From Pirellulales bacterium (lineage in GTDB: Bacteria > Planctomycetota > Planctomycetia > Pirellulales > PALSA-1355), in the NCBI GenBank assembly GCA_035496575.1, contig DATJEN010000238.1:2459-66458 (forward strand): a stretch of DNA of 64,000 nt, given 5' to 3'. A program made the position numbers and the translations under genes. The notes beneath the pieces are model-generated. The model was not told the origin of the DNA and ran no database searches. It was given only the letters and a program-made list of their open reading frames with translations. This document shows positions 39,500 to 48,757 of the stretch, piece after piece. The stretch's first letter is position 1; each line of letters opens with the position of its first letter.

Positions 39500-39697
39500 A
39501 TGACTACGTCGCCGAACCCTGGTGAACGTTGGATCGCACGGCTGCGGCCCGTGGGATCGACTCAGGCGGTTGCACAGGAGGCGACAGTCACCCTCATCGA
39601 TTTTGACGCGCGCACCGATGTTTGGACGGTCAAAACCGATGACGCTGCGGAACCTCTCGCGCTCGAAGCGGTCGACTTGATCGCGCGCGCTGATTAG
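39500..39697 (+). CDS. Hypothetical acidic 65-aa protein
   Basis: MTTSPNPGERWIARLRPVGSTQAVAQEATVTLIDFDARTDVWTVKTDDAAEPLALEAVDLIARAD. Lies 15 nt after the previous ORF. Weak SD. Confidence 0.35.
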   Translation: MTTSPNPGERWIARLRPVGSTQAVAQEATVTLIDFDARTDVWTVKTDDAAEPLALEAVDLIARAD

Positions 39698-39930
39698 CCA
39701 GTCGCGGCAACTGGCGGCCGATCACGTTCGACCTCTCCCCGCGCGATCATCGCGGGGATAATCTCCCCTCCCCCTGTCGGGCAATAGTCTGGTGCAATCG
39801 CGCCAACTATTCTTTTCGCGCTTCGGTCCGCGAGTACTTGACACACCAGCTCACACCCGCCGAACATGCGGCAACTCGCCAGCCCACGGCGTTCGATGCA
39901 CCGCGATTTTCTGTGGAAAGGAGACGTCTA

Positions 39931-40782
39931 ATGAGTCGCTTGCAACTGCGGTTTTGCATGGCCGCCGTTTTTGTGCTCCTCGTCTCCGCCGCCACCTCCC
40001 GCGCTGCCCTGCTCGCCCCGTACGGCAATCCACCCTACAACAACTCGCCCGCGAACGACCCTGCCGGCAGCGCTTATCTGAACCCGCTGCCCGCCTCTTA
40101 TCGAATTGCCGGCGACTGCCCGTGGGTCGTCCCTGCTTTGCAGGCCCAGGGTTTCACGAAGGCAAACAATTGGACGATCAACACGCAGGCTCTCGTGGGC
40201 GACATTGAATTGGACGTGTATATGCCGTGGACCAACCTCCGTCCCGGCTTCACGCAGGGCACCATCGTGCGACCATCGGCCAACGTGCCGGGCCAAGGAG
40301 GAGCAGCCATCGGCCTGGGCTACGATCCGGACACGGGCGTGGGAAGCAACGACCCGTCGGGCGTCGGCGTGCATTGGCTGCAAGTCATCCACACCAATAA
40401 CCCGCTCGATCTGGCATGGACGCAAGCCAATGGAGTGAACGCGGGTGGGGGCTACTACAACTACATCGATGACCAGGGCAACCCGGCCTTCGATCCGTAC
40501 TACGACACGCAAGCGGCGGCCAATACGACCGACTTTGTCGACCGTCCCTCGCGCAACTTGGGCACCAACATCGATTGGCAAGCGCAGGTTTTCATTGCAA
40601 CCGAGACGCTCAACAACCCTCTCGATCGCTCGCAAGGCGGCACCCTCACGCTCTACGATGGCGTGTGGTGGGGATTTACGCTCGTGGCGCCTGTTCCTGA
40701 GCCAGCCAGCATTCTGCTCGCCGGCTGTGGCTTAGGCTGCCTGGTGGTGGTCGCCTGGAGGAACCGCTCCGGCCGAAACTAG
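39931..40782 (+). CDS. PEP-CTERM sorting-domain protein
   Basis: AAAGGAGA (39917-39924) precedes the ATG at 39931. Signal MSRLQLRFCMAAVFVLLVSAATSRA. C-terminus VPEPASILLAGCGLGCLVVVAWRNR. Confidence 0.8.
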   Translation: MSRLQLRFCMAAVFVLLVSAATSRAALLAPYGNPPYNNSPANDPAGSAYLNPLPASYRIAGDCPWVVPALQAQGFTKANNWTINTQALVGDIELDVYMPWTNLRPGFTQGTIVRPSANVPGQGGAAIGLGYDPDTGVGSNDPSGVGVHWLQVIHTNNPLDLAWTQANGVNAGGGYYNYIDDQGNPAFDPYYDTQAAANTTDFVDRPSRNLGTNIDWQAQVFIATETLNNPLDRSQGGTLTLYDGVWWGFTLVAPVPEPASILLAGCGLGCLVVVAWRNRSGRN

Positions 40783-40836
40783 GCGGCGCACCGTTTGGGC
40801 CTGCTGAATGGGGTATCCTTCGCCATTCGAATCGGT

Positions 40837-41376
40837 ATGCAGTTGCAAGTTTGTGGACGCACGCTCGAGCTCGCGCAGGGCGACATCACGCGCCAACAGG
40901 TCGACGCGCTAGTGAACGCGGCCAACAGCCAGCTCGCCGGTGGCGGCGGCGTGGATGGGGCCATTCATCGCGCGGGCGGTTCGGCGATCATGGCGGACAC
41001 GCGACGCCGCTATCCGCACGGATGCCCGACCGGGTCGGCCGTCATCTCGACAGCCGGCAATCTGCCCGCGCGCCATGTTATCCATGCCGTAGGGCCGGTG
41101 TGGCGCGGCGGACAATCCGGCGAGCCCGAGCTGTTGGCGAGCGCCTACCAGGCTGCGTGCCAGCTCGCATCCGAGCACGGATGCCGATCGGTTGCCTTTC
41201 CGGCCATCAGTTGCGGCGTCTATGGCTATCCGATCGATCTGGCCAGCCGGCTGGCGCTCGCCAGCACGCGCTCATTCCTGGAACAGGATGCAAACGTCGA
41301 GTTGATCCGATTCGTGCTCTTCGGCGAAGGGGCGTACGGCGCGTTCGCGGCTGCGCTTGAAGAGTTGTCCAAGTAG
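40837..41376 (+). CDS. Macro-domain protein (O-acetyl-ADP-ribose deacetylase, YmdB-like)
   Basis: LAQGDITRQQVDALVNAANSQLAGGGGVDGAIHRAGG...VIHAVGPVW...SVAFPAISCGVYGYP. Confidence 0.9.
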   Translation: MQLQVCGRTLELAQGDITRQQVDALVNAANSQLAGGGGVDGAIHRAGGSAIMADTRRRYPHGCPTGSAVISTAGNLPARHVIHAVGPVWRGGQSGEPELLASAYQAACQLASEHGCRSVAFPAISCGVYGYPIDLASRLALASTRSFLEQDANVELIRFVLFGEGAYGAFAAALEELSK

Positions 41377-41388
41377 AATAATCGGCCA

Positions 41389-41898
41389 TCACCCTCTGCG
41401 CCGGGCGCGCGCAAGCACCAGGCGAGATAGTTTTTCTCCCGAGCGGGCCAGCACGTAAGCGGCCAGACAGAACGCCGAGCAGACGATGGCCGCGCTGGCT
41501 TCGTCGTTAGGATTATCTGAATTCAAAAACGCGCGCGTAAAGAGAACAACCCCCAGCAGCACAGCCAGAACGCACAGCGACCATAAAAACATCTGCACGA
41601 TTCGCAGTTGACGTCGCAGACCGCCTGCGCGTGCTGGAAGATGGTTCTTATCGGCAGGCGATTGCAGGCGATCGACGGCCTCCACGAGATTGGGCGCCGG
41701 CCTGGAACCAGGGGTCGCGGCATCTTCTGCGAACAAGCCACGCAGGTTCACGGCCGTGGTCCACGCGTCCATGCCTTCGCGCCACAGCAGGTCGTTGGGC
41801 GAAAGCTGGCCGGCTTCGGCGAGCTGCTTCAAATCCGCAGCGGACACAGGTCCATACTGCTGATCATTGCGCGCGTAGTACCATTGCGTTTCCGCCAT
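41389..41898 (-). CDS. GYF_2 (DUF4339) domain membrane protein
   Basis: N-terminus WYYARNDQQYGPVSAADLKQLAEAGQLSPNDLLWREGMDAWTTA. Two C-terminal hydrophobic segments. Confidence 0.75.
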   Translation of the reverse strand: MAETQWYYARNDQQYGPVSAADLKQLAEAGQLSPNDLLWREGMDAWTTAVNLRGLFAEDAATPGSRPAPNLVEAVDRLQSPADKNHLPARAGGLRRQLRIVQMFLWSLCVLAVLLGVVLFTRAFLNSDNPNDEASAAIVCSAFCLAAYVLARSGEKLSRLVLARARRRG

Positions 41899-41935
41899 CG
41901 CGAACTCTCGGACTCCATGACGATTGGGAGTTCGA

Positions 41936-42889
41936 CTAATCTACCCGTAGCTCCCCCGCCGCTGTAGCCCGCTTGCTGGACTCGGTCCCGGCGGCCGTGC
42001 CGTTGGTCCCCACCGGGTAGCCCGCGCGCGGCTCTTCTGGATGGTCGAGCACCTGTACTAGCTGCGCGCCCAGAAACAACAAGCTGCTTGCGCAGTAGAT
42101 CCACAACAAGATGGCAATGAACGAACCGACCACGCTGTAGGCCGAATAGTGTGCGCCGATGACGAAGCGTGATACCAATTGGCTGCCTAATTGCCATGCA
42201 ACCGCCACGAACACTCCTCCACAAGCCGCATGCGTCAGACTGACTCGTGTTCGCGGAATCAATTTATAGACGAGCGTCAGGACCAGCGCATTGATACTGG
42301 TGCTCACGAATGTCTGAAGCCAGTTCCAAAAGAAACCCTCACCGAGCAATTGATTGGCCCAGCTCGTCTCTTCGCTCCAGGCGCGCAGGGCGGTCACCAT
42401 CAGGCCTGCCACAAACGCGATCACGACGACCAGGCTCAATCCGATCAGCGTCAGAAACGCCTTGAGGCGATTCCAAAGTGCGTTGCGGATGGCTGGCCAC
42501 ACGCCGTGCTGAGTCGGCGTCACGTTGTGCCACAAGCGGTCGAATGCCGATTCCAGGGCCGAAAAAATTCCGATCGCACCGAACAACAGGGTCAGCCACG
42601 CCAGCCAACTGCTGGGCCGGCTCACGCGGACCTGAACCAGCAGGTTATGAATCTCCTTGGCGAACCCCGGATTGGTGCTCTGTGATAGAAAATCGAGGAG
42701 CTGGGCCTGCGCGTCCTGCGCACTGTTGGAAAACTCAAGGGCCAGGGCCATGGCCCAGATCAGGATGAACAGCAGCGGAAATACCGAAAACACGGCATAG
42801 TAGGCCATCGACGTGGCCAACAAGTTGCCGTCGTTGTTGAACCAGCGGGTCACCGTTTCGGTAATAACAAACCAGAAACCCTTGCGCAT
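41936..42889 (-). CDS. YihY/BrkB family membrane protein
   Basis: ETVTRWFNNDGNLLATSMAYYAVFSVFPLL..., six hydrophobic segments, YSAYSVVGSFIAILLWIYCASSLLFLGAQL. Confidence 0.75.
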   Translation of the reverse strand: MRKGFWFVITETVTRWFNNDGNLLATSMAYYAVFSVFPLLFILIWAMALALEFSNSAQDAQAQLLDFLSQSTNPGFAKEIHNLLVQVRVSRPSSWLAWLTLLFGAIGIFSALESAFDRLWHNVTPTQHGVWPAIRNALWNRLKAFLTLIGLSLVVVIAFVAGLMVTALRAWSEETSWANQLLGEGFFWNWLQTFVSTSINALVLTLVYKLIPRTRVSLTHAACGGVFVAVAWQLGSQLVSRFVIGAHYSAYSVVGSFIAILLWIYCASSLLFLGAQLVQVLDHPEEPRAGYPVGTNGTAAGTESSKRATAAGELRVD

Positions 42890-43250
42890 GCCGTCCGCCC
42901 GTGTTTAGAACGCTTCTGATCCGAGATGGCCAAGTGACGGCTGCTTCGAATACAAACCGCGGCCATGTGGAAATATACGGCCCCAAGTGCGCCCGCGGTA
43001 TCGGTTAAGCCACCCGCATGGCTGGTAATCCGCCAATCCAGGCCCCAGCGGCGCAAGAACGGTCCGCGGCGCCGCCGGAATAATTGGGGGCATCCCAAAC
43101 TTGGTCGCAGACACGTTTTGTAGCATAACCGGCACGTAGCGGGCGGCAGGTGAAGTAAGCTCGACGCTTGGCCCGATAGCTAGGAGAGGTGACGCTTCCG
43201 GCGTCACTTCGGTGCCGCATGCCGTAGCTGAGGCGGAACGAGGTCAGACC

Positions 43251-43541
43251 GTGGAATTCAACCGCAACCAGTACTTCATGCTGGGGTTGGTCATCTTGCT
43301 GCTGGGCATCCAGGTGCGGGCAGTCGAGACCTTCGTCCTCAATGAAAAGGCAAGCCGGTTCGTCGCCGAGCGGCTTAGTCCGGTCATGGACGGCGAGGGC
43401 GGAAGCTCGACACTCGTGCCCTCGTTGGCCCCCAATGCGCGCCGGACGCTGCGCCCGCCCGTGTGGCTGGGATATGCACTCATTTCGATCGGCGCCGTTC
43501 TCATTCTGCACAGCCTGGCCATGAAGCGTCCGGGCGGATAG
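43251..43541 (+). CDS. Hypothetical 2-TM membrane protein
   Basis: GTG at 43251, 7 nt after GAGG. VEFNRNQYFMLGLVILLLGIQV ... VWLGYALISIGAVLILHSL. The alternative GTG at 43212 is the track start. Confidence 0.45.
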   Translation: MEFNRNQYFMLGLVILLLGIQVRAVETFVLNEKASRFVAERLSPVMDGEGGSSTLVPSLAPNARRTLRPPVWLGYALISIGAVLILHSLAMKRPGG

Positions 43542-43639
43542 GGGCGTTCCGCGCCCTAAAATGTGCGTCCTCTGAGGGCCTGCCGGGCTTCGGTTCCAGC
43601 AGCCCGCCAGGCTGGCTTCCGGCCCTTGCGGGCGGCGAC

Positions 43640-43668
43640 TTGACCATGCAAAAAGCGACTCTTAAACT
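43640..43668 (+). promoter_or_regulatory. Sigma70-like promoter candidate
   Basis: TTGACC (43640-43645), 17-nt spacer, TAAACT (43663-43668), upstream of the metallophosphoesterase gene. Confidence 0.35.
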
Positions 43669-43764
43669 CAAGTCGGGGTTTATGTTTCTATCTCTCGCGC
43701 CGCCTAATGGGCCCAGGGCGTGGCGGAGCAGCGTGCGCCATCTCGGCGTGAATCGAGCCATCGC

Positions 43765-44514
43765 GTGAAGCGCGCACTGATCAGCGATATCCACAGCAAC
43801 CTCGAAGCTTTCGAGGCGGTCATGGCGGATATCCGTCAGCAAGGCATCACCGAGATCTACTGCCTGGGCGACATCATCGGCTATGGCCCTAATCCGCGCG
43901 AGTGTATCGACCTGGTGATGTCCTGCGACGTGTGCCTGTTAGGCAATCACGATCAAGGCGCCTTGTTCGATCCCGAAGGTTTTAACAGCGGCGCGGAACG
44001 CGCCATTTTTTGGACCCGCGACCAGCTTGAGAGCCCCAAGGGCAATCCGGCCGACAATGCCAAGCGCTGGGACTTTCTGGGCGAGCTGCCGCGCAACCGG
44101 CGCGAAAATGGATTTCTGTACGTGCATGGCTCCGCGCGCAACCCGCTCAACGAGTACGTGTTTCCCGAAGACATCTACAACCAACGCAAGATGGAAAAGA
44201 TCTTCGGACTCATCGAGCACCACTGCTTCCAAGGACACACGCACGTGCCGGGCATTTTCACCCAAGGCATGAATTTCATCAGCCCCGAGGAAGTGAACTA
44301 CACGTACCGTTTGACCGACGAAAAGACCATGATCAACGTGGGCTCGGTCGGCCAGCCGAGAGACGGCGATGCCCGCAGCTGCTACGTGGTGCTGGAAGAT
44401 GGCGGGATCACGTTCCGGCGCGTCCCGTACGAATTCGAAAAAACCATCAAAAAAATCTACGACACGCCCGAGCTCGACAACTTCTTGGGCGATCGGTTGC
44501 GCGAAGGACGCTAG
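43765..44514 (+). CDS. Metallophosphoesterase (calcineurin-like, YfcE/ApaH-related)
   Basis: [12 protein letters not shown] (DxH), CLGDIIGYG (GD), LLGNHD (GNH), VHGS, GHTH. The start could instead be the upstream ATG at 43720. Confidence 0.8.
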   Translation: MKRALISDIHSNLEAFEAVMADIRQQGITEIYCLGDIIGYGPNPRECIDLVMSCDVCLLGNHDQGALFDPEGFNSGAERAIFWTRDQLESPKGNPADNAKRWDFLGELPRNRRENGFLYVHGSARNPLNEYVFPEDIYNQRKMEKIFGLIEHHCFQGHTHVPGIFTQGMNFISPEEVNYTYRLTDEKTMINVGSVGQPRDGDARSCYVVLEDGGITFRRVPYEFEKTIKKIYDTPELDNFLGDRLREGR

Positions 44515-44748
44515 TTGCCAAGCCGCCGCGTCAGTTTCTAAGCAATTTCGGCTCTTCTCGAGTTCGCGGCGCTTTTTTGACGCTCGAAGCGCCATCGGCC
44601 CCGCTAAAACGAGCCGTTTGCGTTGCCATTTCCAAGGGCGGTCAATTACCGGAGAATAGCCCACAGGGCTCCACTCGCGCGAGACCCGCTGCAAACTCAT
44701 GCCTGCGCGGCCTTGGCCAGGCCAGCCGCTCACGAAGGATTCTGACTG

Positions 44749-47091
44749 GTGGATAAACGTTTTACGGTTTTTGCAATCCTGGTTGCCGCGCTGTTTGTGG
44801 CGAACCAGTTGATCTATTCATTATTCTTCCCACCCAAGCCGGCCGCGGAAGTCGCCCAGAAGGCCGATGCTCCCAAGGCAAAGGACAAAGCCGCGCCCAA
44901 GGCGGCCGAACCGCCGGCCGCCGATGAGACAAAAGACGACCAGGAGAAAGCTGCGGCGGAGCAGCGCGCCGACAACGAAGCGCCCGCGGCTGATGCGCCG
45001 GCAATCGCCGCGGCCGCTGATGAACCCGTGCCGGCGCCAGCACGCTGGGTAGCGCTGGGCTCCGCCAATCCCGATGACCCCTTCCGCATGCTCGTGATTT
45101 TGACGAGCCGCGGCGCGGCCATCGAGCGCCTCGAACTCAACAGCCCCCGCTATCGCGAGCTCGAGAATCGCAGCGGCTACCTCGGGCACTTGGCGCCTGA
45201 GGACGCCACGGATCGTGGCGGGGCGATCGTTCGTGTCGTGGGCGCCGGCACGCCCGCCGCCCTTGCCGGACTTCAACTCGACGACGTCATCACGGCCATC
45301 GGCGATCGTCCGGTCGCAAGCGCCGGCGAGTTCGTCGAAGCCATGCGCGAAACCGAACCCCATCGAGAAATCGCGATCACGGTGATGCGGGGCGCAGCGA
45401 AGCAGATTCTTACCGCGCGTTTGATTCGCCGCCCGCTCGAGGTCATGCGGCCCGAATCGGACAGCCAGCCGGTTGAACTCGTGCGGCCCGGCAATCACGA
45501 CCCGCTTTCATTCTTGATGACGCTCAGCCAGGTGGACGACCAGACGCTCGAAGACGAGAGACCGGAGCTTGCCGGCGTCAAGCTATACACGACCAATTGG
45601 GAAGTTGCCGATGCTAGCCAAAGCTCAGTGACGTTCCGCGCCAACGTGCCCAAGCTTGGGCTCGACGTCTTTAAGACCTACCGGCTCGAGCAGGTTCCAC
45701 TCGACCAGCTTGCGGACCCAGATTACCCGGCCTATCACCTGTGGGTCGAAGTGCAGCTTGAAAACGTCGGCGGGCAAGCGCGGCGCGTGGGCTATCAGCT
45801 CGAAGGCCCGACCGGACTTCCCATCGAGGGCGCGTGGTACGCCAACAAAGTCAGCCAGGGTTCGATGTTCAGCGCTGCCGGATTGCGCGACGTGATCACG
45901 CATTTCGAAGGCGGCAGGACGACGCAGATCACGCCATCGGAACTCGTCGACCCGAACTTCAAGGCCCAGTGGCCCGACGTGTCGCTGAATTACGTCGCGG
46001 TCGACGCGCAATATTTTGCCGCGGCGTTGATCCCGCAGAACGAGCGGCCGACGGACACCTTGTTCTCAAGCGTCAAGGCGACTCGCGTCGGCGCCATTCC
46101 TCCGGACCGCGCCAACTTGAAGCTGCTCAACGTCTCCTTTCAGCTACGCAGCAATACGATCGAGCTGGCTCCACGACAGAAGACGGACCCCCAGCGCTTT
46201 CAAGTTTTCGCCGGACCGAAACGCCCTGGCCTGCTCGCGCACTACGAAGCGCCGGGCACGACCGCCTCGCTGAGTGAGCTCGTGTACTACGGATGGTTTG
46301 GTTTTGTCGCGCGGCCCATGCTGGCCGTGCTGCACGCGTTCTATCGCGTGGTCGGAAACTACGGCATCGCGATCATCATGCTCACGGTGCTGGTGCGCGG
46401 CTGTATGTTTCCGCTCAGCCGCAAGCAAGCTCTGGGCGCGCAGAAGATGCAGCAGCTTCAGCCCGAGATGAAACGGATCAACGAGAAGTACAAGAACGAT
46501 CCGCAGAAGAAGACCAAAGCCACGCAGGACCTGTTTCGCGAACACAACTACAACCCGGTGGGCGGGTGCCTGCTGATGTTCGTGCAGCTTCCGATCTTCG
46601 TGGGCTTATATCGTTCGCTGATGGTTGATGTCGAGCTGCGGCAGGCCCCGCTGATTAGCGAGAGCATTCGCTGGGCCTCGAACATGGCCGCGCCAGACAT
46701 GCTGTGGAACTGGTCCGGCATGATGCCGGACTTTATCTCGCATGGCACGGGCTTCTTCGGTTTAGGTCCCTACTTGAACGTGCTGCCGATCATCACCGTG
46801 GCCTTGTTCATCTGGCAGCAGAAAATGTTCATGCCGCCGCCGGCCGACGAACAGGCTGCCTTGCAACAAAAAATGATGCAGTACATGACCATCTTCATGT
46901 GCATCATGTTCTACAAGGTCGCTAGCGGCCTGTGTCTGTATTTTATTGCCTCGAGCATCTGGGGCATCGCCGAGCGCAAGCTGCTGCCAAAAACCACCAA
47001 CAAGGATGGTACTCCCGCAACGGTTCCGATTGTGGCGGCCGGCAGCAATGGTACGCCCGCGGGTAAACGCCGCCAGCGAGGGCGCAAGTAG
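44749..47091 (+). CDS. yidC: Membrane protein insertase YidC, long form with an Ala/Pro/Lys-rich linker and a PDZ-like insertion in the periplasmic domain
   Basis: C-terminal Oxa1 core: GIAIIMLTVLVRGCMFPLSRKQ, MQQLQPEMKRINEKYKNDPQKK, NPVGGCLLMFVQLPIFVGLY, YKVASGLCLYFIASSIWGIAE. Followed by mnmE. Confidence 0.9.
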   Translation: MDKRFTVFAILVAALFVANQLIYSLFFPPKPAAEVAQKADAPKAKDKAAPKAAEPPAADETKDDQEKAAAEQRADNEAPAADAPAIAAAADEPVPAPARWVALGSANPDDPFRMLVILTSRGAAIERLELNSPRYRELENRSGYLGHLAPEDATDRGGAIVRVVGAGTPAALAGLQLDDVITAIGDRPVASAGEFVEAMRETEPHREIAITVMRGAAKQILTARLIRRPLEVMRPESDSQPVELVRPGNHDPLSFLMTLSQVDDQTLEDERPELAGVKLYTTNWEVADASQSSVTFRANVPKLGLDVFKTYRLEQVPLDQLADPDYPAYHLWVEVQLENVGGQARRVGYQLEGPTGLPIEGAWYANKVSQGSMFSAAGLRDVITHFEGGRTTQITPSELVDPNFKAQWPDVSLNYVAVDAQYFAAALIPQNERPTDTLFSSVKATRVGAIPPDRANLKLLNVSFQLRSNTIELAPRQKTDPQRFQVFAGPKRPGLLAHYEAPGTTASLSELVYYGWFGFVARPMLAVLHAFYRVVGNYGIAIIMLTVLVRGCMFPLSRKQALGAQKMQQLQPEMKRINEKYKNDPQKKTKATQDLFREHNYNPVGGCLLMFVQLPIFVGLYRSLMVDVELRQAPLISESIRWASNMAAPDMLWNWSGMMPDFISHGTGFFGLGPYLNVLPIITVALFIWQQKMFMPPPADEQAALQQKMMQYMTIFMCIMFYKVASGLCLYFIASSIWGIAERKLLPKTTNKDGTPATVPIVAAGSNGTPAGKRRQRGRK

Positions 47092-47104
47092 CCGAGGCGC
47101 TCGC

Positions 47105-48454
47105 GTGTACCGCCACGACGACACCATTGCCGCGATCGCCGCGACCCAAGGCGCGGCGCGCGGAATTGTGCGGCTCAGCGGGCCGGACGTTCTGGCCATC
47201 CTGACGCGCACCCTTGAACCTTGCTCTGCCACGCGGCTGGCCGAGATTCGAGAGCCCACCGTCATCTCAGGCCACATGCGTTGCGGCGGCGCTCGCGAGC
47301 TCAAGCTTCCGACCGATGTCTACTATTGGCCTGACGCGAGAAGCTATACACGCGAGCCGCTGGCCGAAATTCACACGCTGGGATCGCCGCCGCTGGTCGC
47401 CTCCATTCTGGCGCGGGTAAGTTCGGCGGGCGCTCGACAGGCCCAACCGGGCGAATTCACGTTACGCGCCTTTCTGGCGGGGCGCATCGATTTGACACAA
47501 GCTGAAGCGGTGCTCGGCGTGGTCGATGCGCGCGGCCGCCGGCAATTCCAGCACGCACTGGCACAACTCGCCGGAGGGCTGTCCAGGCCACTACAAACGT
47601 TGCGCGACAACCTGCTCGACTTGCTGGCAGATCTCGAGGCGGGACTCGACTTTGTCGAGGATGACATTCAATTCATCACGGTCGATGAAGTGCGATCCGC
47701 GCTGGCGAGCGCCGCGACGGAACTCGAGCGGCTCGCGCAGCAGCTCGCCGACCGCGGTGATCAGGCCGAGCTGCCGCGCATCGTGCTCGTGGGGCTGCCG
47801 AATGTGGGCAAGAGTAGCCTCTTCAATACGCTGGCCCAATCGACGGCTCTCGTATCCGATCAACCTGGGACCACGCGCGACTACCTGACGGCCCTCGTCC
47901 AGGTTGGAGTTTTTCGCTGTGAGCTCGTCGACACGGCCGGCGTTGAAAGCGCAGCAGGTACTCAGATCGCGGCGGCGGCAAGCCGCCGCGCAAAGGCCGA
48001 GCGCGAGCGCGCCGACGTCGAGCTCTTGTGCGTCGACTCAAGCGAGCCGCTGCCCGAGTGGGTCGCTCGCGAACTAACGGCGAACCCCTCCGGCCAACGG
48101 CTTGTCGTACTGACCAAGAGCGACCAACCTGCCCGCTCGAGCGTGTCGGGCGGCATTCAAACGAGCAGCGTGGCAGCCCCCGGCACGAGCGCGTTGACCA
48201 CTGCGCTCGAGCAAAGTCTGAACCGCCTGGCGGGGGACGGCGCCAGCTCGATTGGCCGGCGCTGCGCGGAAAGCATCGAGCGGGCCGGAAAGGCCATTTT
48301 CCGTGCCGGCCAGGCCAACGATGCAACAGCCGGAGACGAGCTGGTTGCGGCCGAGGTACGCTTGGCGCTGGAAGAGTTGGGAAAGACAGTGGGGGCCGTC
48401 TACACCGAGGATCTTCTCGACCGAATCTTCAGCCGCTTTTGCATCGGCAAATAG
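47105..48454 (+). CDS. mnmE: tRNA modification GTPase MnmE (TrmE)
   Basis: GTG at 47105, 7 nt after GAGG. DTIAAIAATQGAARGIVRLSG. G domain GLPNVGKSSLFN, DQPGTTRD, DTAG, TKSD. C-terminal FSRFCIGK. Confidence 0.9.
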   Translation: MYRHDDTIAAIAATQGAARGIVRLSGPDVLAILTRTLEPCSATRLAEIREPTVISGHMRCGGARELKLPTDVYYWPDARSYTREPLAEIHTLGSPPLVASILARVSSAGARQAQPGEFTLRAFLAGRIDLTQAEAVLGVVDARGRRQFQHALAQLAGGLSRPLQTLRDNLLDLLADLEAGLDFVEDDIQFITVDEVRSALASAATELERLAQQLADRGDQAELPRIVLVGLPNVGKSSLFNTLAQSTALVSDQPGTTRDYLTALVQVGVFRCELVDTAGVESAAGTQIAAAASRRAKAERERADVELLCVDSSEPLPEWVARELTANPSGQRLVVLTKSDQPARSSVSGGIQTSSVAAPGTSALTTALEQSLNRLAGDGASSIGRRCAESIERAGKAIFRAGQANDATAGDELVAAEVRLALEELGKTVGAVYTEDLLDRIFSRFCIGK

Positions 48455-48757
48455 CCCCCCGGCTCGCGTGCAGTGCGGCGACAAAAATCTGATTTCGGGC
48501 CAAGATTGCCCATTTCCAAGCGAATGGTTGATTGATGGCACGGCCTTTGGCGGCCCGCTTGAGCGGCTGCTGAAAGACGTGCCAATCCGTCCCGCAACTA
48601 ATGCAAAACTCACGAAACACGCCCGTGCGTGACGGAGTATAACCGAACTGGAACGGAGCCGAATGATCGACTAGACTGACATTCGCACCTCCCCCCAGCG
48701 TGCGCCACGGACTATTCGGGCCACGAATCCAACCTCCTTCGCCAACCGAGGTCTCTT

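Noticed and set aside
44748-44756. DnaA-box-like GGTGGATAA at the yidC start, considered because yidC-mnmE often lies near oriC
   Set aside because: It is a single copy with one mismatch, overlapping the start codon. There is no cluster of boxes, no AT-rich unwinding element, and no dnaA/dnaN/rpmH/rnpA genes in the window.
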